A stretch of DNA of 64,000 nucleotides from Gammaproteobacteria bacterium (GTDB taxonomy: Bacteria; Pseudomonadota; Gammaproteobacteria; JABABF01): the NCBI GenBank assembly GCA_965215045.1, contig OZ244031.1, positions 1,581,961 through 1,645,960 of the forward strand, given 5' to 3'. The notes beneath the pieces are model-generated. The model worked only from the letters and a program-made list of their open reading frames with translations. It searched no databases and was not told the DNA's origin. The position numbers and the translations under genes were made by a program. Shown in pieces: positions 48,190 through 58,593 of the stretch (the first letter of the stretch is position 1; each line of letters starts with the position of its first letter).

Positions 48190-48554
48190 TCCAGGCGGAA
48201 ACCGCGCTGAATGCAGCTGACAACAGCGGCGCCCGGCGCCTGGTGTGCATCAAGGTGCTGGGCGGTTCCCGGCGTCGCTACGCGCACATCGGCGACCTGA
48301 TCAAGGTCACCGTCAAGGACGCCGCGCCCGGGGGACGGGTGAAAAAGGGCGAGGTAATGACCGCCGTGGTGGTGCGCACCCGCAAGGGTGTGCGCCGGAT
48401 GGACGGCTCCGTGATCCGCTTTGATGACAATGCCGCGGTGTTGCTGAACAGCCAACTGGCCCCGGTGGGCACGCGGATTTTCGGACCGGTCACGCGCGAA
48501 TTGCGCGCCGAGAACTTCATGCGCATTGTCTCCCTGGCACCGGAAGTTCTGTGA
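48186..48554 (+). CDS. rplN: 50S ribosomal protein L14
   Basis: [28 protein letters not shown]... Confidence 0.95.
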   Translation: MIQAETALNAADNSGARRLVCIKVLGGSRRRYAHIGDLIKVTVKDAAPGGRVKKGEVMTAVVVRTRKGVRRMDGSVIRFDDNAAVLLNSQLAPVGTRIFGPVTRELRAENFMRIVSLAPEVL

Positions 48555-48564
48555 GGACGGTGCG

Positions 48565-48879
48565 ATGAAAAAGATCAGGCGCAATGACGAGGTACTGGTA
48601 CTCAAGGGGCGCGATCGCGGCAAGCGCGGCCGGGTGAGCCGGGTGTTGCCGGACGGGCGCCTGATTGTCGCCAATGTCAACATGGTGAAGCGGCATACCA
48701 AGCCCAACCCCGGGCAGAACCGCCCGGGAGGCATTGTCGAGAAAGAGGCACCGATCGACGTCTCCAACGTGGCGATTTTCAACACCGGGACGGAGCGCGC
48801 CGATCGCGTCGGCTTCGCGGTCGATGAGCAGGGCGTGCGTTACCGGGTGTTCAAGTCCAGCGGGGAACGAATCGGCTGA
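48565..48879 (+). CDS. rplX: 50S ribosomal protein L24
   Basis: Start at [22 protein letters not shown]. Confidence 0.9.
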   Translation: MKKIRRNDEVLVLKGRDRGKRGRVSRVLPDGRLIVANVNMVKRHTKPNPGQNRPGGIVEKEAPIDVSNVAIFNTGTERADRVGFAVDEQGVRYRVFKSSGERIG

Positions 48880-48887
48880 GGCTGTTT

Positions 48888-49436
48888 ATGATGGCGAGGC
48901 TCAAAGAACTGTACGACAAGGAGATTGCCCCGGCGCTGTTGCAGGAACTGGGATACAAGAATCCCATGCAGGCGCCGCGGCTGGAAAAAGTCGTGATCAA
49001 CATGGGTGTGGGCGAGGCACTCGCGGATAAAAATGCGCTGGAGCATGCGCTCAATGACCTGCAATTGATCAGCGGTCAGAAGCCGGCACTCACCCGGGCG
49101 CGAAAATCCGTTGCCGGTTTCAAACTGCGCGCCGGCTGGGCGGTGGGTTGCAAGGTCACCCTGCGCCGGCAGCGCATGTACGAATTCTTCGATCGCCTGG
49201 TCAACGTGGCGATTCCCAGGGTGCGGGACTTCCGCGGCATCAGTCCGCGTTCGATGGACCGGGCCGGGAACTGCAGCATCGGCATCGCCGAGCAGATTAT
49301 TTTCCCGGAAATCGATTATGACAAGACCGACAAGTTGCGCGGCATGGACATCAGCATCGTGATTCGCGCCCTGAAAAAGGAAGATGCGTATGCCCTGCTG
49401 CGCGCCTTTAAATTTCCTTTCCGGGAAACGCACTGA
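48888..49436 (+). CDS. rplE: 50S ribosomal protein L5
   Basis: [23 protein letters not shown]... Confidence 0.95.
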   Translation: MMARLKELYDKEIAPALLQELGYKNPMQAPRLEKVVINMGVGEALADKNALEHALNDLQLISGQKPALTRARKSVAGFKLRAGWAVGCKVTLRRQRMYEFFDRLVNVAIPRVRDFRGISPRSMDRAGNCSIGIAEQIIFPEIDYDKTDKLRGMDISIVIRALKKEDAYALLRAFKFPFRETH

Positions 49437-49449
49437 GGCACGCTGTTCC

Positions 49450-49755
49450 ATGGCCAAGAAATCCGTAATTGCACGCAATGAAAAGCGTCAGCGCACCGTG
49501 CACAAGTATGCCGAGCGCCGCGCTGAGCTCAAGGCAGCACTGCGCAATCCCCGCGCCACCGATGAAGAGCGCTGGGAGGCGCAGCAGGCGTTGCAGAAAC
49601 TGCCGCGCAATGCCAGCCCGGTGCGCCTGCGCAACCGCTGCCATTTCACCGGCCGCGGCCAATCGGTGTATCGCAAGTTCGGCCTGGCCAGGAACAAGCT
49701 GCGCGAGGCGGCCATGGAAGGCAATATCCCGGGACTGGTCAAGTCCAGCTGGTGA
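49450..49755 (+). CDS. rpsN: 30S ribosomal protein S14
   Basis: Start at [15 protein letters not shown]. Confidence 0.9.
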   Translation: MAKKSVIARNEKRQRTVHKYAERRAELKAALRNPRATDEERWEAQQALQKLPRNASPVRLRNRCHFTGRGQSVYRKFGLARNKLREAAMEGNIPGLVKSSW

Positions 49756-49783
49756 GCCGGGGCGCGGAGAGAAGGGGCAGACG

Positions 49784-50182
49784 ATGAGCATACAGGACCC
49801 GTTGGCGGACATGTTTACCGTCATTCGCAATGCGCAAATGGTCGCCCATCCCCGGGTGAGCGTGGGTGCCTCCCGTTTGAAGATCGCGATCTGCGAGGTC
49901 TTGCAACAGGAGGGATACATCGACCGCTACCAGGTGGAGGAAAAGGAAGGCAACAAGCGCGTATTGCACATCGACCTGCGCTACCGTGAGGGACGGCCGG
50001 TGATCCGGGAGATCAAGAGAGTCAGTCGCCCGGGACTGCGTCTCTACACGCGGGGCGATGCGCTGCCGCAGGTGCGCAACGGCCTGGGCGTGGCGATCGT
50101 CTCCACCAGCCGGGGATTGATGACGGACCGCACCGCGCGCCGTGCCCGTTGCGGTGGCGAAGTGTTGTGCACGGTTTTTTGA
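49784..50182 (+). CDS. rpsH: 30S ribosomal protein S8
   Basis: Start at [18 protein letters not shown]. Confidence 0.9.
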   Translation: MSIQDPLADMFTVIRNAQMVAHPRVSVGASRLKIAICEVLQQEGYIDRYQVEEKEGNKRVLHIDLRYREGRPVIREIKRVSRPGLRLYTRGDALPQVRNGLGVAIVSTSRGLMTDRTARRARCGGEVLCTVF

Positions 50183-50195
50183 GCACCTGCTGATC

Positions 50196-50738
50196 ATGTC
50201 CCGCATCGCCAGGATCCCGGTGCCCGTGCCACGGGGAGTGGAAGTTCGCCTGGAGACGGACCGGGTGCAGGCCAAGGGCGGGAAAGGCGACTTGGAGATG
50301 AAGTTGCACCGCTTGGTCGCGGTGCGGCAGGAGGGCGATGTCCTGCGCGTGGAGGCGCGTGAAGACGTCGCGAAGGCCAGGGAATTGAGCGAGATCATGG
50401 GTTCCACCCGCGCCCTGCTGAACAACATGGTGCAGGGTGTCAGCCAAGGTTTCGAGAGGCGCCTGTTGTTGAACGGCGTTGGTTACCGGGCGGCACTGTC
50501 CGGTAAAACCCTGAACCTGACGCTGGGGTTTTCCCACCCGGTGCGGTATTCGCTGCCGGAGGGAATCAGCGCCGAGTTGCCGTCGCAAACCGAGATCATT
50601 TTGCGCGGTGCCGACAAGCAGTTGCTGGGACAGACGGCCGCGGAAATCCGTGCATTCCGTCCGCCCGAGCCCTACAAGGGCAAGGGCATTCGCCATGCCG
50701 ATGAGCAACTGCGGCTCAAGGAAGCCAAGAAGAAATAA
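50196..50738 (+). CDS. rplF: 50S ribosomal protein L6
   Basis: Start at [17 protein letters not shown]. Confidence 0.9.
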   Translation: MSRIARIPVPVPRGVEVRLETDRVQAKGGKGDLEMKLHRLVAVRQEGDVLRVEAREDVAKARELSEIMGSTRALLNNMVQGVSQGFERRLLLNGVGYRAALSGKTLNLTLGFSHPVRYSLPEGISAELPSQTEIILRGADKQLLGQTAAEIRAFRPPEPYKGKGIRHADEQLRLKEAKKK

Positions 50739-50749
50739 GGCGGGAGACG

Positions 50750-51103
50750 ATGAAAATTGCCAAGAGAACAGCCCGTTTGCGCCGCGCCCGCCGCGCGCGC
50801 ATGCGCATCCGCGAACGGGAACTGCCCCGGCTCAGCGTTTTTCGTTCGCCGCGGCACATCTACGCGCAGATTTTCAATGCCGACGGCGGCCGGGTGCTGG
50901 TCAGTGCTTCGACCACGGAGCGGGAGTTGCGCCAGGCGGCGACCGGCAACGTCGAGGCGGCGCGACGCGTGGGCGTGTTGATCGCCGAACGCGCCCGGAA
51001 TGCCGGCATCGAAAAGGTCGCTTTCGATCGCGGCGGTTTCAAGTATCACGGGCGCATCGCGGCACTGGCCGAAGCGGCGCGCGGCGGCGGTTTACATTTT
51101 TGA
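50750..51103 (+). CDS. rplR: 50S ribosomal protein L18
   Basis: 117 aa, L18 family. Confidence 0.9.
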   Translation: MKIAKRTARLRRARRARMRIRERELPRLSVFRSPRHIYAQIFNADGGRVLVSASTTERELRQAATGNVEAARRVGVLIAERARNAGIEKVAFDRGGFKYHGRIAALAEAARGGGLHF

Positions 51104-51126
51104 TTCGCGGAAGAGGTTGATCGATC

Positions 51127-51639
51127 ATGGCGCTTCGCTTGCAAGAAGAGGGTGCAAACCAGGAAGGATTACAAGAAAAACTGGTCGGCGTCCGGCGCGT
51201 GACCAAGGCGGTCAAGGGCGGTCGCCTGTTCGGCTTTGCCGCGCTCTCGGTGGTCGGGGACGGCAAGGGCAAGGTGGGATACGGACGCGGCAAGGCGCGC
51301 GAGGCGCAATCCGCGATTCAAAAATCCCAGGAAGTGGCGCGCCGCAACATGGTCCAGGTGTATCTCAACGGTGTGACCCTGCAGTACCCGATCAAGGCGC
51401 GGCACGGTGCCTCCCTGGTGTACATGCAGCCGGCTTCTCCCGGCACCGGGGTGATCGCCGGCGGGGCGATGCGCGCCGTGCTGGAACTGGCCGGCGTGCA
51501 GGACGTGCTCGCCAAGTGCTACGGTTCCACCAACCCGGTGAATGTCGTGCGCGCGACCATCAAGGGCCTGCGTGAAATGCAGCATCCGCGCCAAGTCGCC
51601 GAAAGGCGCGGCAAAACCGTGGAGGAGATCCGCTCCTGA
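51127..51639 (+). CDS. rpsE: 30S ribosomal protein S5
   Basis: ...[42 protein letters not shown]. Confidence 0.95.
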   Translation: MALRLQEEGANQEGLQEKLVGVRRVTKAVKGGRLFGFAALSVVGDGKGKVGYGRGKAREAQSAIQKSQEVARRNMVQVYLNGVTLQYPIKARHGASLVYMQPASPGTGVIAGGAMRAVLELAGVQDVLAKCYGSTNPVNVVRATIKGLREMQHPRQVAERRGKTVEEIRS

Positions 51640-51653
51640 GCGGGGTCGGGGCC

Positions 51654-51881
51654 ATGAGCGAGGGCAAGGCGACTTTGCGGGTTACGCAGCTGCGCAGCGT
51701 CAACCGGCGCCGCAAATCACACCGGGACTGTGTCGTCGGCCTGGGTCTGCGCCGCATCGGGCAGACGGTGGAGGTGGAAGACACGCCCGCGGTGCGGGGC
51801 ATGATCGCCAAGGCGCATTACCTGCTGCGTGTGGAAACGCCGGCACCGGCAGCGGAGTCGCGGGAGCAGCGCGATGCCTGA
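51654..51881 (+). CDS. rpmD: 50S ribosomal protein L30 (short C-terminal extension)
   Basis: [34 protein letters not shown]. Confidence 0.85.
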   Translation: MSEGKATLRVTQLRSVNRRRKSHRDCVVGLGLRRIGQTVEVEDTPAVRGMIAKAHYLLRVETPAPAAESREQRDA

Positions 51882-52353
51882 GACCCCCGGCCCCCGCATC
51901 AACAGCCTCTCGCCGGCACCGGGCAGCCGCCGCCTGCGCACGCGCATCGGGCGCGGTGTGGGCTGCGGCTCTGACAAGACCGCCGGCCGCGGACACAAGG
52001 GCCAGAAATCGCGCGCCGGCAGTGGCCCCAAGGCGCGTTTCGAAGGGGGGCAGATGCCACTGCATCGGCGCCTGCCCAAGTTCGGTTTCCGTTCCCGCAT
52101 CGCGCGGGTGACCGCCCGGGTGCGCCTCTCTGAGATCGACCGCATGAGCGAGGAGATCATCGACCTGGAGGCCCTCAAGCGCGCCGGGGTGGTCAAGCGC
52201 AATGCCCGGCGCGCGCGGGTCTTCCTGTCCGGCACGATCAGCCGCAGCGTGCAGCTGCGGGGTCTCGCGGTGAGCCGGGGCGCGCGTGCGGCAATTGAAG
52301 AGGCCGGCGGCAGCGTGCTGGATGATGCCGCCCGGAGTGGCGAGGCGGGCTGA
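51874..52353 (+). CDS. rplO: 50S ribosomal protein L15
   Basis: Start at [18 protein letters not shown], overlapping rpmD by 8 nt. Has [19 protein letters not shown]. Confidence 0.85.
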   Translation: MPETPGPRINSLSPAPGSRRLRTRIGRGVGCGSDKTAGRGHKGQKSRAGSGPKARFEGGQMPLHRRLPKFGFRSRIARVTARVRLSEIDRMSEEIIDLEALKRAGVVKRNARRARVFLSGTISRSVQLRGLAVSRGARAAIEEAGGSVLDDAARSGEAG

Positions 52354-52361
52354 GGAGAGTC

Positions 52362-53699
52362 ATGGCACAGGCGGACAACGCACAGGGTGGTCTGCTGGGC
52401 GAGCGCCCGGGCATGCGCGAGCTGTTCATACGGCTGCGTTTCCTGTTGCTGGCGATCCTGGTGTATCGCATCGGCACGCATATACCCCTGCCGGGCATCG
52501 ACCCGCAGCGCCTGCAGTTGTTGTTCTCGGAAAACCAGGGCACCCTGCTGGGGCTGTTCAACATGTTCTCCGGGGGCGCACTGGAGCGCATGAGCATCCT
52601 CGCCCTGGGCGTGGTGCCCTACATCACGGCTTCGATCATCATGCAGATGGCGTCGGCGGTGCACCCGCACCTGGAGCAACTGCGCAAGGAGGGAGCACTG
52701 GGCCGGCGCACGATCTCCCAGTACACCCGCTACCTGACGGTCGCTCTCGCCGCCCTGCAGGCTTTCGGCATGTCCGGTGCCCTGGCGGGGCAGGGATTGG
52801 TCTACGAACCCGATGCCTCGTTTTACACGATCGCGATCATGTCATTGATCACCGGCTCGGTGTTCATGATGTGGCTCGGCGAACAAATTACCGAACGCGG
52901 CATCGGCAACGGTATCTCGATGTTGATTTTTGCCGGCATTGTCGCCGGGCTCCCCGGTGCCATCGGGCAGTCCCTGGAGCAGACGCGCCAGGGACAGTTG
53001 AGTGCCCTGCTGTTGCTGGTGCTGCTGGCACTGGCACTGGCACTGATGTACATCATCGTGCGTATCGAACGCGGACAACGGCGGGTGAGTTTGAATTACG
53101 CGCGGCAGATGCAGGGCGGGATGCAGCCGCCGGGGCACCTGCCGCTGAAAATTAACATGGCGGGCGTGGTGCCGGCGATCTTTGCCAGCAGCATCCTGTT
53201 GTTTCCCAGTTCGATCGCCCAGTGGTTTGGCCAGAGCAGTGCCACGGAATGGCTGCAGGATATCTCCTTTGCCATCGCCCCGGGGCAGCCGTTGAACATG
53301 CTGCTGTTCGGGATGTTGATTATTTTCTTTTGCTTTTTTTACACGGCCCTGGTGTTCAATCCGCGCGACGTGGCGGAAAACCTCAAGCGCAGCGGTGCTT
53401 TTGTTCCCGGGATTCGCCCGGGAGAACATACCGCGGATTACATCGATGACGTGTTGACCCGCCTGACCCTGTTCGGTTCGATTTACATTACCGCGGTATG
53501 CCTGCTGCCGCAGTTTCTCATCTCGACGTGGAACGTGCCCTTTTACCTGGGCGGGACCTCCCTGTTAATTGTCGTGGTGGTCACCATCGATTTTCTCTCG
53601 CAACTGCAATCACACCTGATGAGCCACCAGTACCAGTCGCTGATGAAAAAGGCGCGCCTGGTCGGCGATGGCGCCGGCGGTATGCCGCGCATGCGTTGA
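52362..53699 (+). CDS. secY: Preprotein translocase subunit SecY
   Basis: 445 aa, 10 TM, SecY signatures. Confidence 0.95.
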   Translation: MAQADNAQGGLLGERPGMRELFIRLRFLLLAILVYRIGTHIPLPGIDPQRLQLLFSENQGTLLGLFNMFSGGALERMSILALGVVPYITASIIMQMASAVHPHLEQLRKEGALGRRTISQYTRYLTVALAALQAFGMSGALAGQGLVYEPDASFYTIAIMSLITGSVFMMWLGEQITERGIGNGISMLIFAGIVAGLPGAIGQSLEQTRQGQLSALLLLVLLALALALMYIIVRIERGQRRVSLNYARQMQGGMQPPGHLPLKINMAGVVPAIFASSILLFPSSIAQWFGQSSATEWLQDISFAIAPGQPLNMLLFGMLIIFFCFFYTALVFNPRDVAENLKRSGAFVPGIRPGEHTADYIDDVLTRLTLFGSIYITAVCLLPQFLISTWNVPFYLGGTSLLIVVVVTIDFLSQLQSHLMSHQYQSLMKKARLVGDGAGGMPRMR

Positions 53700-53728
53700 G
53701 CAGTGATGATCGAAGCGGAGCCAGCAAC

Positions 53729-53842
53729 ATGAAAGTCAGAACCTCGGTTAAAAAAATTTGCCGCAACTGCAAGGTAGTGCGCCGCCGCCGGGTGGTGCGG
53801 GTGATCTGCCGCGAGCCCCGGCACAAGCAGCGCCAGGGCTGA
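53729..53842 (+). CDS. rpmJ: 50S ribosomal protein L36
   Basis: [37 protein letters not shown]. Confidence 0.9.
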   Translation: MKVRTSVKKICRNCKVVRRRRVVRVICREPRHKQRQG

Positions 53843-53923
53843 GGGACGATCCGGGATGCTGTCTGCGAAGCTCGGTATACAGGGCGTCCGGGCCGGGGAG
53901 TGGGTCTGGATGTCCCCGCTATG

Positions 53924-53952
53924 CTTGCTTTTCCCCCTGAAGGGCGTCATAA
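53924..53952 (+). promoter_or_regulatory. Putative alpha-operon promoter (TTGCTT-17 nt-CATAAT)
   Basis: TTGCTT at 53924..53929 and CATAAT at 53947..53952, about 55 nt upstream of rpsM. Confidence 0.45.
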
Positions 53953-54005
53953 TGCCTTGTTCGGCAAAATTTCACCCCTCCCCCTCCAATAAGGATTGAA
54001 CCGCC

Positions 54006-54362
54006 ATGGCGAGAATTGTCGGTGTCAACGTCCCTGACAATAAGCATCTCTGCATCGCATTGACCCATATTTACGGCATCGGCCGCAGCCTTGCGCTGCG
54101 GATTTGCCAAACCACGGGGCTGCCCCCGGGGCAGCGGGTCTCCGAGTTGGCCGAGCCACAACTGGACCTGTTGCGGCGCGAAGTTTCCCGTCTCAAGGTG
54201 GAAGGAGACCTGCGCCGGGAAGTGAGCATGAACATCAAACGCATGGTCGACCTGGGTTGCATGAGCGGCATTCGCCATCGCCGGGGTCTGCCGGTGCGCG
54301 GACAGCGCACCCGCACCAACGCCCGCACCCGCAAGGGTCCGCGGCGCCTGATCAAGAAGTAA
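54006..54362 (+). CDS. rpsM: 30S ribosomal protein S13
   Basis: [14 protein letters not shown]... Confidence 0.95.
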   Translation: MARIVGVNVPDNKHLCIALTHIYGIGRSLALRICQTTGLPPGQRVSELAEPQLDLLRREVSRLKVEGDLRREVSMNIKRMVDLGCMSGIRHRRGLPVRGQRTRTNARTRKGPRRLIKK

Positions 54363-54377
54363 GGCGGGGCGACGGAC

Positions 54378-54773
54378 ATGACAAAACCGCGCGGCAAATC
54401 CAGGTCCAGGACCGGGGCGCAACGGACGGTCGTGGACGGCATCGCCCATATCCAGGCGACTTTCAATAACACGATCATTACGATTACCGATACCCGCGGC
54501 AACACGCTGACCTGGGCGACTGCCGGCGATTCGGGTTTCAAGGGTTCGCGCAAGAGCACGCCTTTTGCCGCGCAGGTGGCGGCCGAACGTGTCGGGCGCA
54601 ACGCACTGGAGCGCGGCGTGCGCAACCTGGATATACGTGTGCAGGGTCCGGGTCCGGGGCGCGATTCGGCGGTTCGCACCCTGGGCAATCTCGACTTCAG
54701 CGTGCGCTCCATCTCGGACGTGACGCCCCTGCCGCACAACGGTTGCCGGCCGCGCAAGCTGCGGCGTCCCTGA
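54378..54773 (+). CDS. rpsK: 30S ribosomal protein S11
   Basis: ...[18 protein letters not shown]. Confidence 0.95.
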   Translation: MTKPRGKSRSRTGAQRTVVDGIAHIQATFNNTIITITDTRGNTLTWATAGDSGFKGSRKSTPFAAQVAAERVGRNALERGVRNLDIRVQGPGPGRDSAVRTLGNLDFSVRSISDVTPLPHNGCRPRKLRRP

Positions 54774-54779
54774 GGATTT

Positions 54780-55406
54780 GTGACCATGGCCAGGTACCGG
54801 GGACCGACTTGCAAGCTGGCGCGCCGCGAAGGCGTGGACCTGATGCTCAAAAGCGGCGTGCGCGCACTGGCGGAGAAGTGCAATCTCGAAACGCCCCCGG
54901 GCATTCATGGCATGCGCCGCGTACGCCCGGGCGATTACCGGATGCAACTGCGTGAAAAACAGAAGGTGCGGCGCATTTACGGGGTGCTGGAGAAGCCGTT
55001 TCGCAATTATTACGCCAAGGCGGCGCGCCAGAAGGGCGACACCAGTGAGAACCTGCTGCGTTTCTTGGAGCGACGCCTGGATAACGTGGTCTACCGCATG
55101 GGTTTTGGTGCCACCCGGGCGGAGAGCCGGCAGTTGGTTTCACACCGCCTGATCCAGGTGAACGGCAGGACGGTGAACATTCCCTCCTACCTGTTGTCGC
55201 CCAATGACACGGTTTCCGTGCGTTCGCGCGCGCACAAGCAGGAGCGGATTAAAAGTGCCCTGCAGCTGGCCTCGCAACTCCCTGACCAGGAGTGGCTGTC
55301 CGTGGATAACGAGAAGTTGGAAGGCGTGTTCAAACGTTTCCCGGAGCGTTCCGAGTTGTCTGCAGACATCAACGAGAGCCTCATCGTCGAACTGTATTCC
55401 AAGTAA
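54780..55406 (+). CDS. rpsD: 30S ribosomal protein S4
   Basis: [16 protein letters not shown]... Confidence 0.95.
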   Translation: MTMARYRGPTCKLARREGVDLMLKSGVRALAEKCNLETPPGIHGMRRVRPGDYRMQLREKQKVRRIYGVLEKPFRNYYAKAARQKGDTSENLLRFLERRLDNVVYRMGFGATRAESRQLVSHRLIQVNGRTVNIPSYLLSPNDTVSVRSRAHKQERIKSALQLASQLPDQEWLSVDNEKLEGVFKRFPERSELSADINESLIVELYSK

Positions 55407-55449
55407 GAGTGGGTTTTTCCAAGACGGGTTTCCAGGAGCCTTAAAAAAG

Positions 55450-56433
55450 ATGCAAGATTTGACCAAAGAATTTTCCATTCCCGAAGAGCTGCAGGTAGAG
55501 CAGGTCTCGGACACGGAGGCACGGGTGACGCTGGAACCGCTGGAGCGCGGTTTTGGCCATACCCTGGGCAACGCGTTGCGCCGGATCCTGTTGTCTTCCA
55601 TGCCGGGCAGTGCAGTCACCGAGGTGCACATCGAGGGCATCATGCACGAATACGCCACCCGGGAGGGGGTGCGCGAGGACGTGGTGGATATTCTTCTCAA
55701 TCTCAAGCAACTGGCACTCAGGCTGGAGGAAGGGGAGAGTGCCGAACTGCAGCTGCAGGCCAAGGGACCGGGCGAGGTCAAGGCCGGGGACGTTCGCAAG
55801 CCGGCCAACGTCGAAGTGGCGAACCCCGATTACGTGATCGCGCACTTGGCCGAAGGTGCCAGTTTGAACATGAACATGCTGGTGGAACGCGGCCGCGGCT
55901 ACGTCCCCGCCGAACAGAAACTCGATGACCTGGACTTCGAGACCGAGACCATCGGCAAGTTGCGCCTGGATGCTTCCTTCAGCCCGATCAAGCGGGTTTC
56001 CTACACGGTGGACAGCACCCGTAAGGGGCAGCGCACGGACCTGGACAAGCTGGTGCTGGAACTGGAAACCAACGGCACGATCACCGCCGATGAGGCGGTG
56101 CGCCGGGCGGCCACTATTCTCCAGGAGCACCTGGCGCCGATCACGGAGCCGGAAGCCCGGCAGAGACCGGGAGCGGCCTCGCAGGTGGTGATGACCGATC
56201 CCTTTTTCAACCAGCGCCTGGAAGAACTGAAAAACCTGGGTAAGAGCACGCGCAACAAGCTGGAAAAAGAGGGCGTCTTCTACATCGGGGAACTGGTGCG
56301 CATGACGGAACTGGACCTGCTGAAAATGCCAAATATCGGCAAGAAATCCCTCGATGAAATCGTCATGGCACTGGCCGAAGAGGATATGCAGCTGGGCCTG
56401 GATATCGATCCCTGGGAGGCACCGGCGGCCTGA
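55450..56433 (+). CDS. rpoA: DNA-directed RNA polymerase subunit alpha
   Basis: Start at MQDLTKEF. Has [28 protein letters not shown]. Confidence 0.95.
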   Translation: MQDLTKEFSIPEELQVEQVSDTEARVTLEPLERGFGHTLGNALRRILLSSMPGSAVTEVHIEGIMHEYATREGVREDVVDILLNLKQLALRLEEGESAELQLQAKGPGEVKAGDVRKPANVEVANPDYVIAHLAEGASLNMNMLVERGRGYVPAEQKLDDLDFETETIGKLRLDASFSPIKRVSYTVDSTRKGQRTDLDKLVLELETNGTITADEAVRRAATILQEHLAPITEPEARQRPGAASQVVMTDPFFNQRLEELKNLGKSTRNKLEKEGVFYIGELVRMTELDLLKMPNIGKKSLDEIVMALAEEDMQLGLDIDPWEAPAA

Positions 56434-56464
56434 GCGGTTTGCCGGGTGCCGGGGAGAAGACGGG

Positions 56465-57058
56465 ATGCGACACCGGAATAGCGGACGGCGGCTGAACCGC
56501 AACAGCGCGCACCGCAAGGCGATGTTTCGCAACATGACCGCCTCGCTGGTAGCACATGAGATGATCCGCACCACCGTGCCCAAGGCGAAATCGCTGCGCG
56601 GCTTCGCTGAACCCCTGATCACGCTGGCCAAGAAAGATACGGCGGCAAACCGCCGCCTGGCCTTTGCGCGACTGCGCAACCACGATGCGGTGGGCAAGAT
56701 ATTTTCCGTCTTGGGCAAACGCTACCGGGACCGCCCGGGAGGCTACCTGCGCATTCTCAAGGCCGGCTTTCGCCCGGGCGACCGGGCACCGATGGCCGTG
56801 GTGGAATTGATCGGGCGCCCGGAACATGCCCTGTCGCCGGTGATCGAAAGAGAGCAGAGGCTGGATGAATGGCGCCAGCGGGTAGAGACGGAAAAGATGG
56901 AACCCGCGGTGGAGAGAGCACCCGCCGCCGCTCCTGCCGCAGCCGCCGACCCTGCCGCAGCCTCCGACCAGCCGCCGCAAGAGGAGCGGGCACCGAAAAA
57001 AAGAGGCTGGTTCTCGCGCTTGTTGGGCGGTCGTCGGGACACGGACCCGGAAAAGTGA
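56465..57058 (+). CDS. rplQ: 50S ribosomal protein L17 with about 70-aa Ala/Pro/Glu-rich C-terminal extension
   Basis: Start at [25 protein letters not shown]17 core to about residue 125. Tail ...[40 protein letters not shown]. Confidence 0.9.
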   Translation: MRHRNSGRRLNRNSAHRKAMFRNMTASLVAHEMIRTTVPKAKSLRGFAEPLITLAKKDTAANRRLAFARLRNHDAVGKIFSVLGKRYRDRPGGYLRILKAGFRPGDRAPMAVVELIGRPEHALSPVIEREQRLDEWRQRVETEKMEPAVERAPAAAPAAAADPAAASDQPPQEERAPKKRGWFSRLLGGRRDTDPEK

Positions 57059-57286
57059 GTGCCTCCCGCGCGGGTCTGTATGGCAGGGCGGCATTGCCGC
57101 CCGGTTCCAGGCCGCGGAGAAAAATTTTGGGCACGCAGAAATTTTTGTGCGTCTGCGCCGGTTGTTTGCCCTGCAAACCAAGTTTGCAAATTTCTGCTGG
57201 TTGTGATTGACTGTAGCCTGCAGATGCCGCAGTATTGCACGCATTATTATCGCCATCTCGATCTCACATACGGGGGAACCTAAATC

Positions 57287-57703
57287 ATGGCAGCAAAGAA
57301 AAAGACCGCTCGTAAACCAGCCAAAAGCAAGGCCCGGGCTCCGGCGCGCCGCAAAAAGGCTGCCGCCAAGCCAGTCTCGCCCGGTGCGCCGATCCGCAGC
57401 CGGCTGACCAAGTCTGGCATTGTCGGTGCCATTGCGGAGAGTCGCGACTTGAGACGCGCAGACGTGAGTGCCGTGCTCGAGGAGCTGGAGCTTTTGATCG
57501 GACGCAGCGTTCGTCGGGGCAGCGTGGGAGAATTCCAGCTGCCGGGCCTGATGAAGGTGGTTGCGGTGAAAGTCGCGGCGCGCAAGGCGCGTCCGGGGGT
57601 CAACCCGTTCACCGGCGAAAAAATCATGATCAAGGCGCGTCCGGCAAGCCGCAGTGCCCGCGTGCGGGTGCTGAAGAAGCTCAAAGAATACGCTTCCAGC
57701 TGA
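57287..57703 (+). CDS. HU-family nucleoid DNA-binding protein with N-terminal Lys/Ala-rich histone-H1-like tail
   Basis: N-terminus MAAKKKTARKPAKSKARAPARRKKAAAKP. C-terminal HU/IHF fold (GIVGAIAES...LEELELLIGRSVRRGSVGEFQLPGLMKVVAV...RPGVNPFTGEKIMIKARP). Confidence 0.75.
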   Translation: MAAKKKTARKPAKSKARAPARRKKAAAKPVSPGAPIRSRLTKSGIVGAIAESRDLRRADVSAVLEELELLIGRSVRRGSVGEFQLPGLMKVVAVKVAARKARPGVNPFTGEKIMIKARPASRSARVRVLKKLKEYASS

Positions 57704-57736
57704 ACGTTCCTGCGGGAAAGTCGCACCCGCAATTTT

Positions 57737-57790
57737 CCACCTGCGGGGGAACTTGGTTTCCCCTGCAGGTGCTTTTTTTTATCTGGCGCA
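57737..57790 (+). terminator. Rho-independent terminator after the HU-like gene
   Basis: CACCTGCGGGGGAA-CTTGGT-TTCCCCTGCAGGTG followed by TTTTTTTT. Confidence 0.75.
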
Positions 57791-57841
57791 GTGCGGCCAG
57801 GAGCTGCAACGGGCGTCAGTTTGCCCCGTATAATAAATAAG

Positions 57842-57875
57842 TGCCCCGCCCGGTTGCGGGGCATTTTTGCCTCGA
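57842..57875 (+). terminator. Second hairpin plus T-run (tandem terminator or 5'-UTR attenuator of the FmdB gene)
   Basis: TGCCCCGC-CCGGTT-GCGGGGCA followed by TTTTTG, 23 nt upstream of the ATG at 57898. Confidence 0.55.
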
Positions 57876-57897
57876 ACTAGCGCGCGGATGCCCTGCC

Positions 57898-58593
57898 ATG
57901 CCAATTTACGAATACAGCTGTTCACACTGCGCCCATGAGCTGGAAGCCCTGCAGGCGATGGGTGAACCGCTGCTGGTTAAATGTCCCGCCTGCGGTGAGA
58001 GGAAGCTGCAGAAAAAACTGAGTGCCGCCGCCTTTCATCTCAAGGGGCAGGGGTGGTACAAGACGGATTTCCAGGACCAGGGGAAAAAGAACGCCGCAGA
58101 AGGCGCGGATGCCGCCGGCACCGGGGATGCAAAAGAAGATGCCGCACGGTCTGCGGCCGCCCAAGCCGGTGAGCGCGGCGATGGTGCCTCTAGGGCTGGT
58201 GAGCGCGGCGATGGTGCCTCTAGGGCTGGTGAGCGCGGCGACGGCAACTCTCGGGCAGGCGAGCGCGGCGATGGTGCCTCTAGGGCCGGTGAGCGCGGCG
58301 ATGGTGCCTCCCGGGCCGGCGAGCGCGGCGATGGCAGCTCTCGGGCCGGTGAGCGCGGGGATGGTGCCTCTAGGGCCGGCGAGCGCGGCGATGGGGCCTC
58401 TAGGGCCGGTGAGCGCGGGGATGGCAGCTCTAGGGCCGGTGAGCGCGGCGATGGCAGCTCTCGGGCCGGTGAGCGCGGGGATGGTGCCTCTAGGGCCGGC
58501 GAGCGCGGCGATGGCACCGCGACTGTAAACAACAGCACCCGGGAGACGTCCTCCCGCTCCTCCGGAAGCGACTCCCAGGGCGCCTCCGCCTGA
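57898..58593 (+). CDS. FmdB-family zinc-ribbon protein with 12x decapeptide (AGERGDGASR) C-terminal repeat tail
   Basis: MPIYEYSCSHCAHELEALQAMGEPLLVKCPACGERKL is the FmdB CxxC...CxxC zinc ribbon. This is followed by 30-bp in-frame DNA repeats across 58165..58525. Confidence 0.75.
   Translation: MPIYEYSCSHCAHELEALQAMGEPLLVKCPACGERKLQKKLSAAAFHLKGQGWYKTDFQDQGKKNAAEGADAAGTGDAKEDAARSAAAQAGERGDGASRAGERGDGASRAGERGDGNSRAGERGDGASRAGERGDGASRAGERGDGSSRAGERGDGASRAGERGDGASRAGERGDGSSRAGERGDGSSRAGERGDGASRAGERGDGTATVNNSTRETSSRSSGSDSQGASA
58165..58525 (+). repeat. 30-bp near-perfect tandem repeat x12 (in-frame, inside the FmdB-family CDS)
   Basis: Unit GGTGAGCGCGGCGATGGTGCCTCTAGGGC(T/C), with minor variants (GGCAGCTCT, GGCAACTCT). 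Confidence 0.9.

Noticed and set aside
57060-57130. GC hairpin GGGCGGC-ATT-GCCGCCC after rplQ as an operon terminator
   Set aside because: It is not followed by a T-run, and the surrounding pairing is imperfect. It could be an RNase or processing site, but the evidence is insufficient to call a terminator.
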